64,000 bases of DNA from an uncultured Candidatus Saccharibacteria bacterium (GCA_964546795.1 CAZJKG010000001.1:61690-125689), one strand, 5' to 3'; positions 1 to 9,531 are shown, counted from the first letter of the stretch. Numbers and translations are program-made. Notes: generated by a model from the sequence alone, not told the origin.

Positions 1-276
1 CGGGTGTTAATCGACCGCCACACGCTTTTTTCAGGCGCGTAAATATAGTATCGGCTGCCGCAGTACCAAGTTGTTGCGCAGTAACAATTGACACTAATGA
101 CTCAAATAATTTTGACCGCGTACGTTTCTCGGAAAGATAAGCAGGGAGGAAAGCGTGATGGGCCTTGGTTGCTCTATGGAAATGCGGATCAACACGCTTA
201 AAATGCTTCAAAGCGTCAACTCTTCTTGTCATGCCGAGATAGTATCATTAGCCGACTCTCGTTGTATAATACATCT

Positions 277-459
277 ATGTATCCTGCATTTAAGGTCGCT
301 TTCTGGATATTCGTCCTTCTGCTTGCATTGTCGTTCTTTGGCATATCCATTCAGGCCATTATCAACTCCCCGGCTGGTCAGGCAAACTTCGGCTATCTTA
401 TACAGGTCCTCTCTCAGGGTTGGCAATGGCTCACAGAATGGATTCGTCCACTGCAGTAA
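277..459 (+). CDS. Small membrane protein (60 aa), hypothetical
   Basis: ATG at 277 lies 6 nt after TATAAT (265-270); hydrophobic N-terminus MYPAFKVAFWIFVLLLALSFFG. Confidence 0.7.
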   Translation: MYPAFKVAFWIFVLLLALSFFGISIQAIINSPAGQANFGYLIQVLSQGWQWLTEWIRPLQ

Positions 460-578
460 ATCCTTTGACTATCTACGCAAAAGAAATTAGCGCGAATACT
501 TATTCGACTAGAGAAAATCATTCTATGGTTGATTACACGTATAATGATTAAGTGCGTCTATAAGTTATCCAGCGGTTA

Positions 579-615
579 ATGAAATACCTCACTGCTTTCC
601 AGTGAGGTATTTCAT
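579..615. terminator. Perfect 16-bp hairpin, likely bidirectional terminator
   Basis: ATGAAATACCTCACTG-ctttc-CAGTGAGGTATTTCAT. Confidence 0.7.
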
Positions 616-623
616 GTTATAGG

Positions 624-933
624 ATTACTCTCCAACTATAGACATCTCAAAATAAGCAATTCTGAATCTCGGTTTCCCCACAAAAGAGGGTACGCCAAGA
701 GGTCATCTACCTACGTCTGTCTGTAACCCAGTAACTGCGTTTAAACGCGACTCCCGACGCGAGCCAGTAGAAAGCAATTATGGCACGTACCTGCTTTGGA
801 TACGCACCACGCCTATTTTTCTAAAGCGTGGAGAAGGCGCCGCTAAGTTTTTCTATAAGTAGTGTAAGTACCATGAGAAAGGTAGTTAGCGCCCGAGAGT
901 AATTTGTGTCCAGCGGTTTATTTCTGAACACAG
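624..933 (-). ncRNA. Candidate ~300-nt structured non-coding RNA of unknown family
   Basis: No long ORF; TATAAT on minus at 940-945; closing helix ATTACTCTC/GAGAGTAAT (624-632/895-903); consecutive hairpins with G-U pairs only on the minus strand; hairpin terminator at 579-615. Confidence 0.4.
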
Positions 934-1039
934 GGTTTTATTATAACGCATAGCCCTCCAGTATCGTCAAGTGTTTTCCTGTGGAGAGCGTGGTATTTTC
1001 TGCCCACAACAACGCCTTGTGCGTAAAACGTAGGGGTTA

Positions 1040-1068
1040 TTCACACGCCCGACATACTGGGGTATAAT
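1040..1068 (+). promoter_or_regulatory. sigma70-type promoter of hicBA
   Basis: TTCACA-17 nt-TATAAT, ending 8 nt before the ATG at 1077. Confidence 0.7.
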
Positions 1069-1076
1069 AAAAGTCC

Positions 1077-1367
1077 ATGAAAATACCAGCAAACATAAAC
1101 TTTAATCTACCGGTTTCCCTGATAAAAGAAGGTAAACAGGTTATTGCATATACCCCAGCACTTGATATTTCTACCGTTGGCAAAGATGAGGCACAGGTAA
1201 AGGAACGATTTTCTGAATTAGTAAATATGTTTTTTGCGGACCTTGTTGAAACTGGTTCTATTGATCAAGTACTGCCTGAATTGGGCTGGGTAAAAGTTGC
1301 TGAATCTTGGAACCCGCCAGTTGTGTCTAACGAATCAATTAACGTTTCAGTTCCGGCCTTCATCTAA
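1077..1367 (+). CDS. hicB: HicB-like antitoxin (partial RNase H fold, no DNA-binding domain)
   Basis: KEGKQVIAYTPALDISTVGKDEAQVKERFSELV resembles the HicB N-terminal motif; translationally coupled to a HicA-like ORF. Confidence 0.75.
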   Translation: MKIPANINFNLPVSLIKEGKQVIAYTPALDISTVGKDEAQVKERFSELVNMFFADLVETGSIDQVLPELGWVKVAESWNPPVVSNESINVSVPAFI

Positions 1368-1597
1368 TGAAACCGTTGGGCAGGATTGATTCAAGGAGAT
1401 TTGAAAGGTATTTAATCGCGATTGGTTGCCGCTTCATCAGTCAAGAATCAAGTCACAGAAAGTTCAGAAAAGAAGCGGTTCTTCGCCCAATCATCGTGCC
1501 TTTTACCAATGACTTACCAGATTTTATTATTTTGAATAACTTACGCATCCTAGGAGTAAAGAGGGAGGACTTTATCCGAATCATCAAAAAGCTCTAA
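1367..1597 (+). CDS. hicA: HicA-family mRNA interferase toxin
   Basis: 76 aa basic protein; LIAIGCRFISQESSHRKF...PIIVP...ILNNLRILG matches the HicA pattern (GSH-equivalent His). Confidence 0.75.
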   Translation: MKPLGRIDSRRFERYLIAIGCRFISQESSHRKFRKEAVLRPIIVPFTNDLPDFIILNNLRILGVKREDFIRIIKKL

Positions 1598-1946
1598 TCC
1601 TAATCCCGCCTATCCGAGATAGGGGAGGGGTTAGGAGTGAGAGACAGCATTTTGGAACATTCACATCAGGATTCCCCCTACAACCACCACAATCACTCCC
1701 GTCCATATCTTCTTGGCATAGTCCGCGCTAAAGATTAGATAGGAGATGTCATATGCTTCTCTCCCTCTGGAGCTCAGTCTCAAATGAGGAACCTTTTTCC
1801 CTTCTTTCTTTTAGAGGTTCCGAAATGAAGTAATTGACACCAGTATAGTGCGCAAAAGATATATTGTGCGCACACTTGATGGAGAACCCTGCATGGCAAC
1901 ACACCTCTATTCCTCTATTCCCTCCTTTTACTTACGCCAAAAGATA

Positions 1947-2060
1947 TTATTTCTTGAGTGCGATAATAATGACATGAAGCAAACTGATGATAGTACTCAT
2001 GAATCCCGTCCAGAATGCATAGATCTGAAGTCGTCTTGAAGAATATTTTATACGTCTCAT
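1947..2060 (-). CDS. 37-aa hydrophobic microprotein (not in ORF track)
   Basis: MRRIKYSSRRLQIYAFWTGFMSTIISLLHVIIIALKK; TGcTATCCT lies 7 nt upstream of the ATG. Confidence 0.5.
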   Translation of the reverse strand: MRRIKYSSRRLQIYAFWTGFMSTIISLLHVIIIALKK

Positions 2061-2120
2061 AGGGAATAGGATAGCATCAGAGCCCCCTCTTCCCTTCTTA
2101 CGAAAGGCGAAAATGATTTT

Positions 2121-2894
2121 CTAACAAGATACATTTGCAACGATGTAATCATATGCTTCATCAACCGAATCTACAACAGTATAGAGCGTCATGTCTTCTT
2201 TATTTATTGTTGCGCGTTCCTGGTAAAGCGTTTTATCAATAAAAGCAAGTAACGGTCCCCAATAGTTTTTTCCAAAGAGGATAATGGGCACCTTGCGGAT
2301 CTTCTTGGTCTGCACAAGAGTGACGATCTCAAAGAATTCATCCAGGGTGCCGAAGCCGCCCGGGAAATAGACGTAGACCTCGGAAGCGTACGTCAGCATG
2401 ACTTTGCGCACAAAGAAATGGTCGAAACCAAATCTTTCGGTGAGATACGGATTGTATTTTTGAACGTCTGGCAGATTGATATTGAGCCCAACCGACGCAC
2501 CGCCCGCTTCGTAGGCACCTTTATTTGCGGCCTGCATGATGCCGGAGCTGCCGCCGGTGATAACAGCGAAACCTCTCTTCGCAAGCCGGCTCGCCAACTC
2601 TTCCGCTTTCTTATAGACATCCTGCTCAAGCGAGGCGCGAGCACTGCCGAAAAAGGATACCGCCAAGCTGTAGCGGCGAATGATATCAAACCCTTCGATG
2701 AACTCGGACATGATTTTGAAGACCCGCCAGGACTCGATTTTTGTCGGTTTGCAGACCAGCGGCGGTCGCTCGGAGGGAATAGTGCGTTGTCCTTCGTGGA
2801 CCGCTTTTGCAAGTCGCTCCGCTGTCTCATGCATGGAAGGTTCGTTCGGTACCGGGAGTATCGCTGATGTAGTTCGCATCACATCCTCATTCAT
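2121..2894 (-). CDS. LOG family (TIGR00730) nucleotide phosphoribohydrolase
   Basis: VSFFGSAR, ITGGSSGIMQAA, PGGFGTLDE motifs. Confidence 0.92.
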   Translation of the reverse strand: MNEDVMRTTSAILPVPNEPSMHETAERLAKAVHEGQRTIPSERPPLVCKPTKIESWRVFKIMSEFIEGFDIIRRYSLAVSFFGSARASLEQDVYKKAEELASRLAKRGFAVITGGSSGIMQAANKGAYEAGGASVGLNINLPDVQKYNPYLTERFGFDHFFVRKVMLTYASEVYVYFPGGFGTLDEFFEIVTLVQTKKIRKVPIILFGKNYWGPLLAFIDKTLYQERATINKEDMTLYTVVDSVDEAYDYIVANVSC

Positions 2895-2912
2895 ACGGCG
2901 TATGATAGCAGA

Positions 2913-3260
2913 TTAGAGTCCTGTACAATTTGCTGCCGGCGCATAACCCGCTTTAAGAGCGGCTGCGGCCGAAACAAACCATACTTTATTTGTCTCGGAA
3001 ATGCGCTCTGCCCCCGCGCACTGCGGCGGATAATATCTCGTTCCTGTTTTGGAGGCGACCACCTCCCCTGCCGCCGCTGTCGGTGTAAGAGAAGGGGCTT
3101 CAAGCGAAATAGTTGTAGTGTTCCCCGCATCCAATCCTGCAAGATAGCCAAGCCCAAAGCTTAGAGACGAGGCGAGTATAAGAATGGCGACGATGAGCAC
3201 GTCCCGCGGTACCTGAGCAAGGAAACTTTTGCATTTTTCGCGCGCTTCTGGTATAGTCAT
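2913..3260 (-). CDS. Membrane-anchored protein with Ada-type metal-binding-like C-terminus
   Basis: TM helix followed by [14 protein letters not shown]...NKVWF...AGYAPAANC. Confidence 0.75.
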   Translation of the reverse strand: MTIPEAREKCKSFLAQVPRDVLIVAILILASSLSFGLGYLAGLDAGNTTTISLEAPSLTPTAAAGEVVASKTGTRYYPPQCAGAERISETNKVWFVSAAAALKAGYAPAANCTGL

Positions 3261-3279
3261 CGGACATAACTATAGCATC

Positions 3280-3552
3280 ATGGCATCAACGAAAGCTGGC
3301 GGTTCGGCAAAAAATCTTAATACTTCAAACCCGAAATATCTCGGGGTTAAGTTGGCTGACGGCGCCGCCGCCCGGCCCGGCATGGTCATTGTCCGCCAGC
3401 GCGGCACAAAAATAGAAGCGGGTAAGAACGTAGCAGTCGGGCGCGACCACACTCTGTTCGCTCTTGCCACCGGCACGGTGTCCTTCCGTACGAAACGCAA
3501 AACAAGCTTTTCAGGCCGTATTTTTAATAAAAAAGTCGCTGACGTTGTCTAA
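3280..3552 (+). CDS. rpmA: 50S ribosomal protein L27
   Basis: KYLGVK...IVRQRGTK...[12 protein letters not shown]. Confidence 0.97.
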   Translation: MASTKAGGSAKNLNTSNPKYLGVKLADGAAARPGMVIVRQRGTKIEAGKNVAVGRDHTLFALATGTVSFRTKRKTSFSGRIFNKKVADVV

Positions 3553-3554
3553 AG

Positions 3555-3686
3555 AAAAAACCAGCGGATAAGAAAAAGAGTGCGCACCACAAGAGTACTT
3601 CCATTTTCCTAAGCCCGAGTACGGGCAAGGAAAATTGGTCGCTCCGGGCCGCTAGGCCAAGTCCTACTACCTGTTTCTGGTTTTTT
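3555..3686 (+). repeat. Structured intergenic repeat family A, copy 1
   Basis: Core matches the reverse complement of 37571-37692; 33 nt (3640-3672) identical to 39595-39627; terminal stem AAAAAACCAG/CTGGTTTTTT. Confidence 0.9.
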
Positions 3687-3695
3687 TGGCTCTCA

Positions 3696-4142
3696 CTATT
3701 CTGCTTCAACCGTAGTAATAGAAAACTTTCCGAACGTATCGCCAGCGGCGACCGGGATATCGAACGTACCAAGTTCTTTGATGGGTTTTTCAAGCTTGAT
3801 CGCATCTTCGGACAGGTCTATATGCGCTTGTTCTTTTGCCGCCGCCCGTATCTCTGTCTCCCCTACCGCGTCGTACAAATGACCCTTTTCGTTTGCCTTT
3901 GCCCTGATAACGATGTGTGCGGATGCGAGAGAGGCAATATTCTGCGCGAGCAAAGCAGCGTTGAGGGTTGCGCGGTCCTGTATGCGCTTACGACGCAATT
4001 CGGCCTCCTGCATCGCCGTCGGAGTCGCGGGAATGGCGAATTTCTTCGGAATGAGGTGATTGAGGGCGTAGCCGTCGGCCAACGTAAGCGTGTCATGTGC
4101 GCGTCCAACCCCTTTTATGTCCTTGAGTAATACGATTTTCAT
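3696..4142 (-). CDS. rplI: 50S ribosomal protein L9
   Basis: MKIVLLKDIKGVG...DGYALNHLIPK...GHLYDAV...PIKELG. Confidence 0.97.
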   Translation of the reverse strand: MKIVLLKDIKGVGRAHDTLTLADGYALNHLIPKKFAIPATPTAMQEAELRRKRIQDRATLNAALLAQNIASLASAHIVIRAKANEKGHLYDAVGETEIRAAAKEQAHIDLSEDAIKLEKPIKELGTFDIPVAAGDTFGKFSITTVEAE

Positions 4143-4158
4143 GTGAACGCATCCTACT

Positions 4159-5415
4159 CTATTGCGTATCCGCAGTCAAAAACGTGGTTGCCCTCAACAT
4201 TTGCGGATCGCGTTTGGCGGCCGTATCCGCCGCGGTGAACGGCACGATAATATCCGGCGTGATGCCGTTACCCATGATCCAGTTCCCCGCTGGCGTTATC
4301 CAACGCGCAACGGTGACTTTGAGCGATCCTTCGTCGAGATCCATCAATGTCTGCACGGAACCCTTGCCAAATGATTTCGTACCGATCAGCGTCGCGACGC
4401 GAGCGTCCTGCAAGGCACCCGCAAAGATTTCGGAAGCGGAAGCGGAACCTCCGTCAATGAGCACGACGATCTTCGTCCCTGCAGGCACATCCCCGTAACC
4501 AAAACTGGTATGCACGTTGCTTGGCTCTTTTCCGCCGAAATCCTCGGTCACAATGTCTGCGCCCCTCGGAAGAAAATGACTCGCGATGGCAACCGCTGCG
4601 TCAAGATAGCCGCCCGGGTTCCCGCGCAGGTCTACGATGAGCTTTTTTGAGCCGGAAGTTCTGAATCGCGCAAGGGCTTGATCAAACAGATTTGCGGAAT
4701 CGGACGTGAATTCATACAGTGCGATATGATAGACGCCACTTTTCATGTCGAGACCGTCTTCGGTCTGCGGTATCCGAATAGTGTCGCGAACAACTTTGAT
4801 ATCCAGAGAAACAGCATCTCTGATAATGGTGAGATCAACGGTCGTGCCAATGGGGCCGCGTATCTTATTGACCGCCTTATCAATGGAGATGCCATCGGTC
4901 GATGTCCCGTCAATGGCGATTATCTGATCGCCCGGCTTGATGCCAGCTTTTTCAGCAGGCGTACCTTTAAGAGGCGAGACGACGGTCAGGACGTTGTTTT
5001 TTACGCCGATTTCCATGCCGACGCCCGCGAAACTTCCCGATATATTTTCAGCAAATGCCTTCGCCTCCGTAGGCGGAAAGAAAACAGTATACGGGTCATC
5101 ATACGAAGCGGCGAGGCCTTCTATCGCGCCGAAAATCTGTTCTTTCTTCGAAGGAAGTGTTGAGGAGGCGTGCGTGACAATGTAGTTCGCTTCAAGCGCA
5201 TTCCATGCTTTCCAAAAGTTGGTGAGATCGGCGTTCGGATCCGGCGTCGCATCGAGACCGTCACCGACGAACGGAATGCGCGTCGTAATTGCCGTAGCGG
5301 AATTGCCGCCGCCCACGGAAAATCCGGCGACAAAGGCAAATGCCGCCACGAGCGCGAACGAGACGCCGCGAGCCGCGATAGTACGCCCGGATGTACGCAC
5401 GTTCCCCAATTCCAT
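4159..5415 (-). CDS. ctpA: S41 family carboxyl-terminal processing protease with PDZ domain
   Basis: DPYTVF, GVGMEI, DLRGNPGG, SASASEIFAG, SFGKGSVQ; start chosen 7 nt after TGtTACACT. Confidence 0.93.
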   Translation of the reverse strand: MELGNVRTSGRTIAARGVSFALVAAFAFVAGFSVGGGNSATAITTRIPFVGDGLDATPDPNADLTNFWKAWNALEANYIVTHASSTLPSKKEQIFGAIEGLAASYDDPYTVFFPPTEAKAFAENISGSFAGVGMEIGVKNNVLTVVSPLKGTPAEKAGIKPGDQIIAIDGTSTDGISIDKAVNKIRGPIGTTVDLTIIRDAVSLDIKVVRDTIRIPQTEDGLDMKSGVYHIALYEFTSDSANLFDQALARFRTSGSKKLIVDLRGNPGGYLDAAVAIASHFLPRGADIVTEDFGGKEPSNVHTSFGYGDVPAGTKIVVLIDGGSASASEIFAGALQDARVATLIGTKSFGKGSVQTLMDLDEGSLKVTVARWITPAGNWIMGNGITPDIIVPFTAADTAAKRDPQMLRATTFLTADTQ

Positions 5416-5462
5416 TCCGCACAGTGTAACACGAAAGGAGCGCATCATGATATTCTAGACAC

Positions 5463-6383
5463 ATGATATTCCGGCATGACTATCTGGACGGCGTGTGGGT
5501 TGATCTGGAACAGCCAAGCGAGGACGAAATACGGGACGTTGCGCATGAATTCTCCATCGGCGGACGTCTTGAGGCGGAATTGCTCTCCCCTACTCCCGCA
5601 TCGCTCGTGACGAGCGATGCTAACGCGGCACTCCTGGTGCTTCATTTCCCGACATCCGGCACGGGCAGCGGCGAAACAAAGAGTCAGGAGATCGATTTCA
5701 TCGTCGGAAAAAACTTTATTCTGACGGTGCGGTACGAAGTTATAGCGCCCTTGTACCATTTGAAGAAATTGCTTGAAACACAACAGCTTGTCACGGGGAA
5801 AACGCCCATTACGACCGATGTCCTTTTGGAAATTCTCTTTGCGCATCTCTATACCTCGATGCGCGACCACACGAACCATATTGCCGACAATCTCGTGCGC
5901 GTCGAGAAAGAGATGTTTGACGGCCATGAACGGACGACGGTACGCTCCATCTCGAATATCAGCCGAGAATTCCTCCACGTGGAAGCCGCGCTCGCAACCC
6001 AGGAAGAATCCCTATCCCATTTCCTGGACGTTCTCAAGGAATATGCATTCTTTGACGATTCTTTCGCGCTGCGCGCCCAGCGTATCAAAACAGAACGCGC
6101 GAATGTCGCACGAATAGTAAAAACACATCGTGCCGTCGCGGGCGAGTTACGCGAGACGAATGTCGCGCTCCTTGAGGCGCGCCAGAATGAGATTATGAAG
6201 ACCCTTACGATCATCACTGTTATCATGCTTCCGCTTGAGGTCATAGCCGTTACCTTTGGCATACACGCGCAAGGCGCTCCATTTGAAAACGATTTGAATG
6301 CATTTTGGATTATCATCATGATTATGATCGGCATTGCTGGCAGCATGATACTTTTTTTCATGAAAAAACGCTGGATCTTCTGA
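5463..6383 (+). CDS. corA: CorA family divalent cation transporter
   Basis: WVDLEQPS, QNEIMKTLTIIT..., two C-terminal TM helices; the GMN signature is altered to GIH. Confidence 0.85.
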   Translation: MIFRHDYLDGVWVDLEQPSEDEIRDVAHEFSIGGRLEAELLSPTPASLVTSDANAALLVLHFPTSGTGSGETKSQEIDFIVGKNFILTVRYEVIAPLYHLKKLLETQQLVTGKTPITTDVLLEILFAHLYTSMRDHTNHIADNLVRVEKEMFDGHERTTVRSISNISREFLHVEAALATQEESLSHFLDVLKEYAFFDDSFALRAQRIKTERANVARIVKTHRAVAGELRETNVALLEARQNEIMKTLTIITVIMLPLEVIAVTFGIHAQGAPFENDLNAFWIIIMIMIGIAGSMILFFMKKRWIF

Positions 6384-6386
6384 CGC

Positions 6387-7856
6387 ATGAAGTGGCTCAC
6401 CCGCATATTCAGGAAACGAAAGGATGCCGCCGCGCAGGACCGGCCTGCGCAAATATTCCTCACCAATACGCTCTCGGGCGCGAAAGAACTCTTCATATCG
6501 CAGAGACCGAGGATCGCATCGATGTATACGTGCGGGCCAACGGTCTACAGTCAGCAGCATATCGGCAATCTGCGGCCCGGAGTTTTCTCGGATACGCTCG
6601 CGCGAGCGCTCGCACATGCCGGCTATCGCGTGCGACGCGTCATCAACATCACGGACGTCGGCCATCTGGTCGGCGATGGGGACCTTGGCGAGGACAAGAT
6701 AGAGATGGGAGCAAAGCGCGAGGGCCTCTCCGCCTCCGCCATTGCCGAGCGATACACGACATTATTCCTTACCGACCTTGCGGAGCTCAATATTGATACA
6801 AAAGACATCTTCTTTCCCAAGGCAAGCGACTATATTAAAGAACAAATTTCGCTCGCGCGCACGCTTGAAGAAAAAGGGTTCGCCTATCGTATTGACGACG
6901 GTCTTTATTTCGACACAAGCCGTTTCCACGGCTACGGCAAGTTGGGCGGGCTCTCCGGTGCACAACTCAAAGCCGGAGCGCGCATTGAAACGAATCCCCA
7001 GAAACGCCATCAGGCCGACTTCGCACTGTGGAAAAAAACACCTCCTGATGTGAGTCGAATGCAGGAATGGGATTCGCCGTGGGGGCCCGGATTTCCCGGC
7101 TGGAATTTGGAGTGTTCTGCGATGGCGCGCGCATTGCTCGGCATTGAGATAGACATTCATACCGGAGGCGAGGATCTCGCGCAGATACACCATAACAACG
7201 AGATCGCTCAGTCGGAAGCTGCATCGGGTCGGCCGTTTTCCCGCTACTGGATGCACAATGCATTTCTTACTATGGAGGGTGAAAAAATATCGAAATCGAT
7301 AGGCAATGTCGTCTACCTCTCCACTATCATTGAGAAGGGATTCCATCCTCTTTCGCTCCGCTATTTTTTTCTCCAAGCGCACTATCGCACTCCCCTCTCC
7401 TTCTCGTGGAACGCCATTGCGGGCGCCGCAAGCGCGCTTGAACGGCTCTGGAAGCTCTCGCGCGAACTCGCGGAGGAATCCAAGCGAATGGAAGAATCTT
7501 CTGAAGCGCGCAGTCGCTTCCTTGCAGCGATGCGCGACGACCTCGCAACTCCGCAAGCACTCGGCATCCTCTGGGACTCCTTGAAGAGCGAGGATTACAC
7601 TCCCGAAGAAAAATGGTGTCTTCTTGAAGATGCTGAAGCGCATTTCGGTCTGTCGCTCCTGCATCCGCCCGCCGCAGGCGCCCTGGCAACATCGGACATT
7701 CCGGAAAAGATCCGCGAAATGCTTGCGCGGCGGGAAGCAGCGCGCGCGGCACTGGATTTTAAGGAGGCGGACCGCATCCGAACCGATATTGAGAACAGTG
7801 GATATCATGTGGATGACGGACCGGAAGGGCCGGTGTTGATTCGGACGACTCTTTGA
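6387..7856 (+). CDS. cysS: Cysteine--tRNA ligase
   Basis: MYTCGPTVY..HIGN, DFALWK, KISKS, HYR motifs. Confidence 0.97.
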   Translation: MKWLTRIFRKRKDAAAQDRPAQIFLTNTLSGAKELFISQRPRIASMYTCGPTVYSQQHIGNLRPGVFSDTLARALAHAGYRVRRVINITDVGHLVGDGDLGEDKIEMGAKREGLSASAIAERYTTLFLTDLAELNIDTKDIFFPKASDYIKEQISLARTLEEKGFAYRIDDGLYFDTSRFHGYGKLGGLSGAQLKAGARIETNPQKRHQADFALWKKTPPDVSRMQEWDSPWGPGFPGWNLECSAMARALLGIEIDIHTGGEDLAQIHHNNEIAQSEAASGRPFSRYWMHNAFLTMEGEKISKSIGNVVYLSTIIEKGFHPLSLRYFFLQAHYRTPLSFSWNAIAGAASALERLWKLSRELAEESKRMEESSEARSRFLAAMRDDLATPQALGILWDSLKSEDYTPEEKWCLLEDAEAHFGLSLLHPPAAGALATSDIPEKIREMLARREAARAALDFKEADRIRTDIENSGYHVDDGPEGPVLIRTTL

Positions 7857-7857
7857 T

Positions 7858-7989
7858 ACCCGACACACGGAAACGGACATAATTTTGCAAAAATAAGCCC
7901 TTTTTGGCACACGCGCCTCTTTAACTTTATACGAAATAAGACCATTGAAACGCGCTGTCTTCTGCGCGATGCCGTTTCGTGTGACGGGT
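7858..7989. repeat. Fold-back intergenic element with imperfect ~18-bp terminal inverted repeat
   Basis: ACCCGACACACGGAAACGG ... CCGTTTCGTGTGACGGGT. Confidence 0.6.
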
Positions 7990-8004
7990 GATATAATCGG
8001 CGGG

Positions 8005-9360
8005 ATGGCTGCCGACCGCGTCCCACCCCAATCCCTTGATTCAGAGCGCGCCCTCCTTGGCGCTCTTCTGCTGAAACCCGACGCCATCCATGATGTTTCC
8101 GATATTATACGGGCTGATTCTTTCTACGCGGAAAAGCACCGGCTGATATTCGGCGCGATGCATGAACTCGCCGAACGCGGCGAGCCGATAGATCTTCTTT
8201 CATTGTCCGAACGTATGCAGAATCAGGGATTGCTTGAACGGTCCGGCGGGCGCAGCTATTTGGCTGAGCTTGCCGGTTCGGCACCGGCGCCCGGCAACTT
8301 CTCCCACTATGCCGAACTCGTCTCGCGCAAATTCCTGATGCGCTCCCTCATTGAAGCCGCATACACCATTACCGAGTCCGCGTATGACGATGCGCGCGAA
8401 ACGATGGAAGTACTCGATGAGGCCGAGAAGAGCGTCTATGCCATCGGCAATGCTTCTGCGGCACATAAATTTACCGCTATCGGCGACAAGATCCACGAAG
8501 CATGGGACCGTATTGAGGCGCTTTCCAAAAAAGAAAGTGGGATTCGCGGCGTCCCTTCCGGCTTCCCTGCCCTTGATAACCTCCTCTCTGGCTTTCATCC
8601 CTCCGATCTCGTCATCATCGCCGCGCGCCCGTCGATGGGCAAGACCTCGCTTGCGCTTGATATTGCTCGGAACGCCGCCGTGCGTCATAACGTTCCTGTT
8701 GGCATCTTCTCGCTTGAGATGAGCTCGGAACAGCTTATTGACCGCATGCTCGCCGCGGAGTCGTTCGTCAATTCATGGAAACTCCGCACCGGTCAAGTGA
8801 GGGAGGAGGACGATTTCAATCGCATACGGGACGCCCTGGAATCGCTTTCGAAAGCACCTATTTATATAGACGACAAACCGGGCAACAATATCCTCGCAAT
8901 GCGCGCTGTTGCCAGACGGTTGAAGCGCGAACGCGGCATCGGGCTTCTCATCGTGGACTATCTGCAGCTCATGGCACCGACCTCCACCAAATCATCCGAT
9001 TCCCTCGTCCAGCAGGTGACCGAGATATCACGTTCTTTGAAGTCACTTGCGCGCGAGCTTGCCGTGCCGGTCATCGCGCTCTCACAGCTCTCGCGCGCGG
9101 TTGAACAGCGAGGCGGCAAGCCCCGCTTGAGCGATCTGCGCGATTCTGGAAGCATTGAGCAGGATGCGGACGTCGTGATGTTTATTCATCGCGACGACAA
9201 GCGCAATCCCGAAAGTGACCGGCCGAACATCGCGGAAATACTTATTGAGAAACATCGCAACGGACCGACCGGCAAGACCGAACTGTATTTTGATGAAAAG
9301 CGCGCGACGTTCCAGCCGATGGACACGGCCGGCTACGGCGAACTCGCCGCGGAATTTTAA
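8005..9360 (+). CDS. dnaB: Replicative DNA helicase
   Basis: AARPSMGKT, FSLEMS, IVDYLQL, ALSQLSR, DLRDSGSIEQDAD; TGaTATAAT 7 nt before the ATG. Confidence 0.98.
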   Translation: MAADRVPPQSLDSERALLGALLLKPDAIHDVSDIIRADSFYAEKHRLIFGAMHELAERGEPIDLLSLSERMQNQGLLERSGGRSYLAELAGSAPAPGNFSHYAELVSRKFLMRSLIEAAYTITESAYDDARETMEVLDEAEKSVYAIGNASAAHKFTAIGDKIHEAWDRIEALSKKESGIRGVPSGFPALDNLLSGFHPSDLVIIAARPSMGKTSLALDIARNAAVRHNVPVGIFSLEMSSEQLIDRMLAAESFVNSWKLRTGQVREEDDFNRIRDALESLSKAPIYIDDKPGNNILAMRAVARRLKRERGIGLLIVDYLQLMAPTSTKSSDSLVQQVTEISRSLKSLARELAVPVIALSQLSRAVEQRGGKPRLSDLRDSGSIEQDADVVMFIHRDDKRNPESDRPNIAEILIEKHRNGPTGKTELYFDEKRATFQPMDTAGYGELAAEF

Positions 9361-9376
9361 TCATGTTAGCAGCACA

Positions 9377-9524
9377 GCGAATACGCAATGTTGGAAACCC
9401 TCGGAGCCGACGCAGCATGGTAATTGCAGCGCCGAAGAGAGGTTGCGCTGCAATTTGCGTCGGAGAGAGTGAATGCGGCCTGTCGCAGGACAGGCCGACA
9501 TGTGTTCCAACATTGCGTATTCGC
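9377..9524. repeat. Fold-back intergenic element, perfect 20-bp terminal inverted repeat with branched interior
   Basis: GCGAATACGCAATGTTGGAA ... TTCCAACATTGCGTATTCGC; inner helices CCGACGCA/TGCGTCGG and TTGCAGCGC/GCGCTGCAA. Confidence 0.85.
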
Positions 9525-9531
9525 AAACGTC

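Noticed and set aside
1-230. Possible structured RNA or gene start at the window edge
   Set aside because: Only short inverted repeats are visible and the context is truncated.
6762-8087. Long antisense ORFs such as 441 aa at 6762-8087 and 362 aa at 26995-28083
   Set aside because: They shadow well-supported genes (cysS, mrdA) on the opposite strand and have no motifs; expected in GC-rich coding DNA.
9424-9531. N-terminal extensions of recR, rplU, proS, rseP, dnaB and others in the ORF track
   Set aside because: They are translations of intergenic hairpin or promoter DNA; downstream starts match family N-termini and the -10 spacing.
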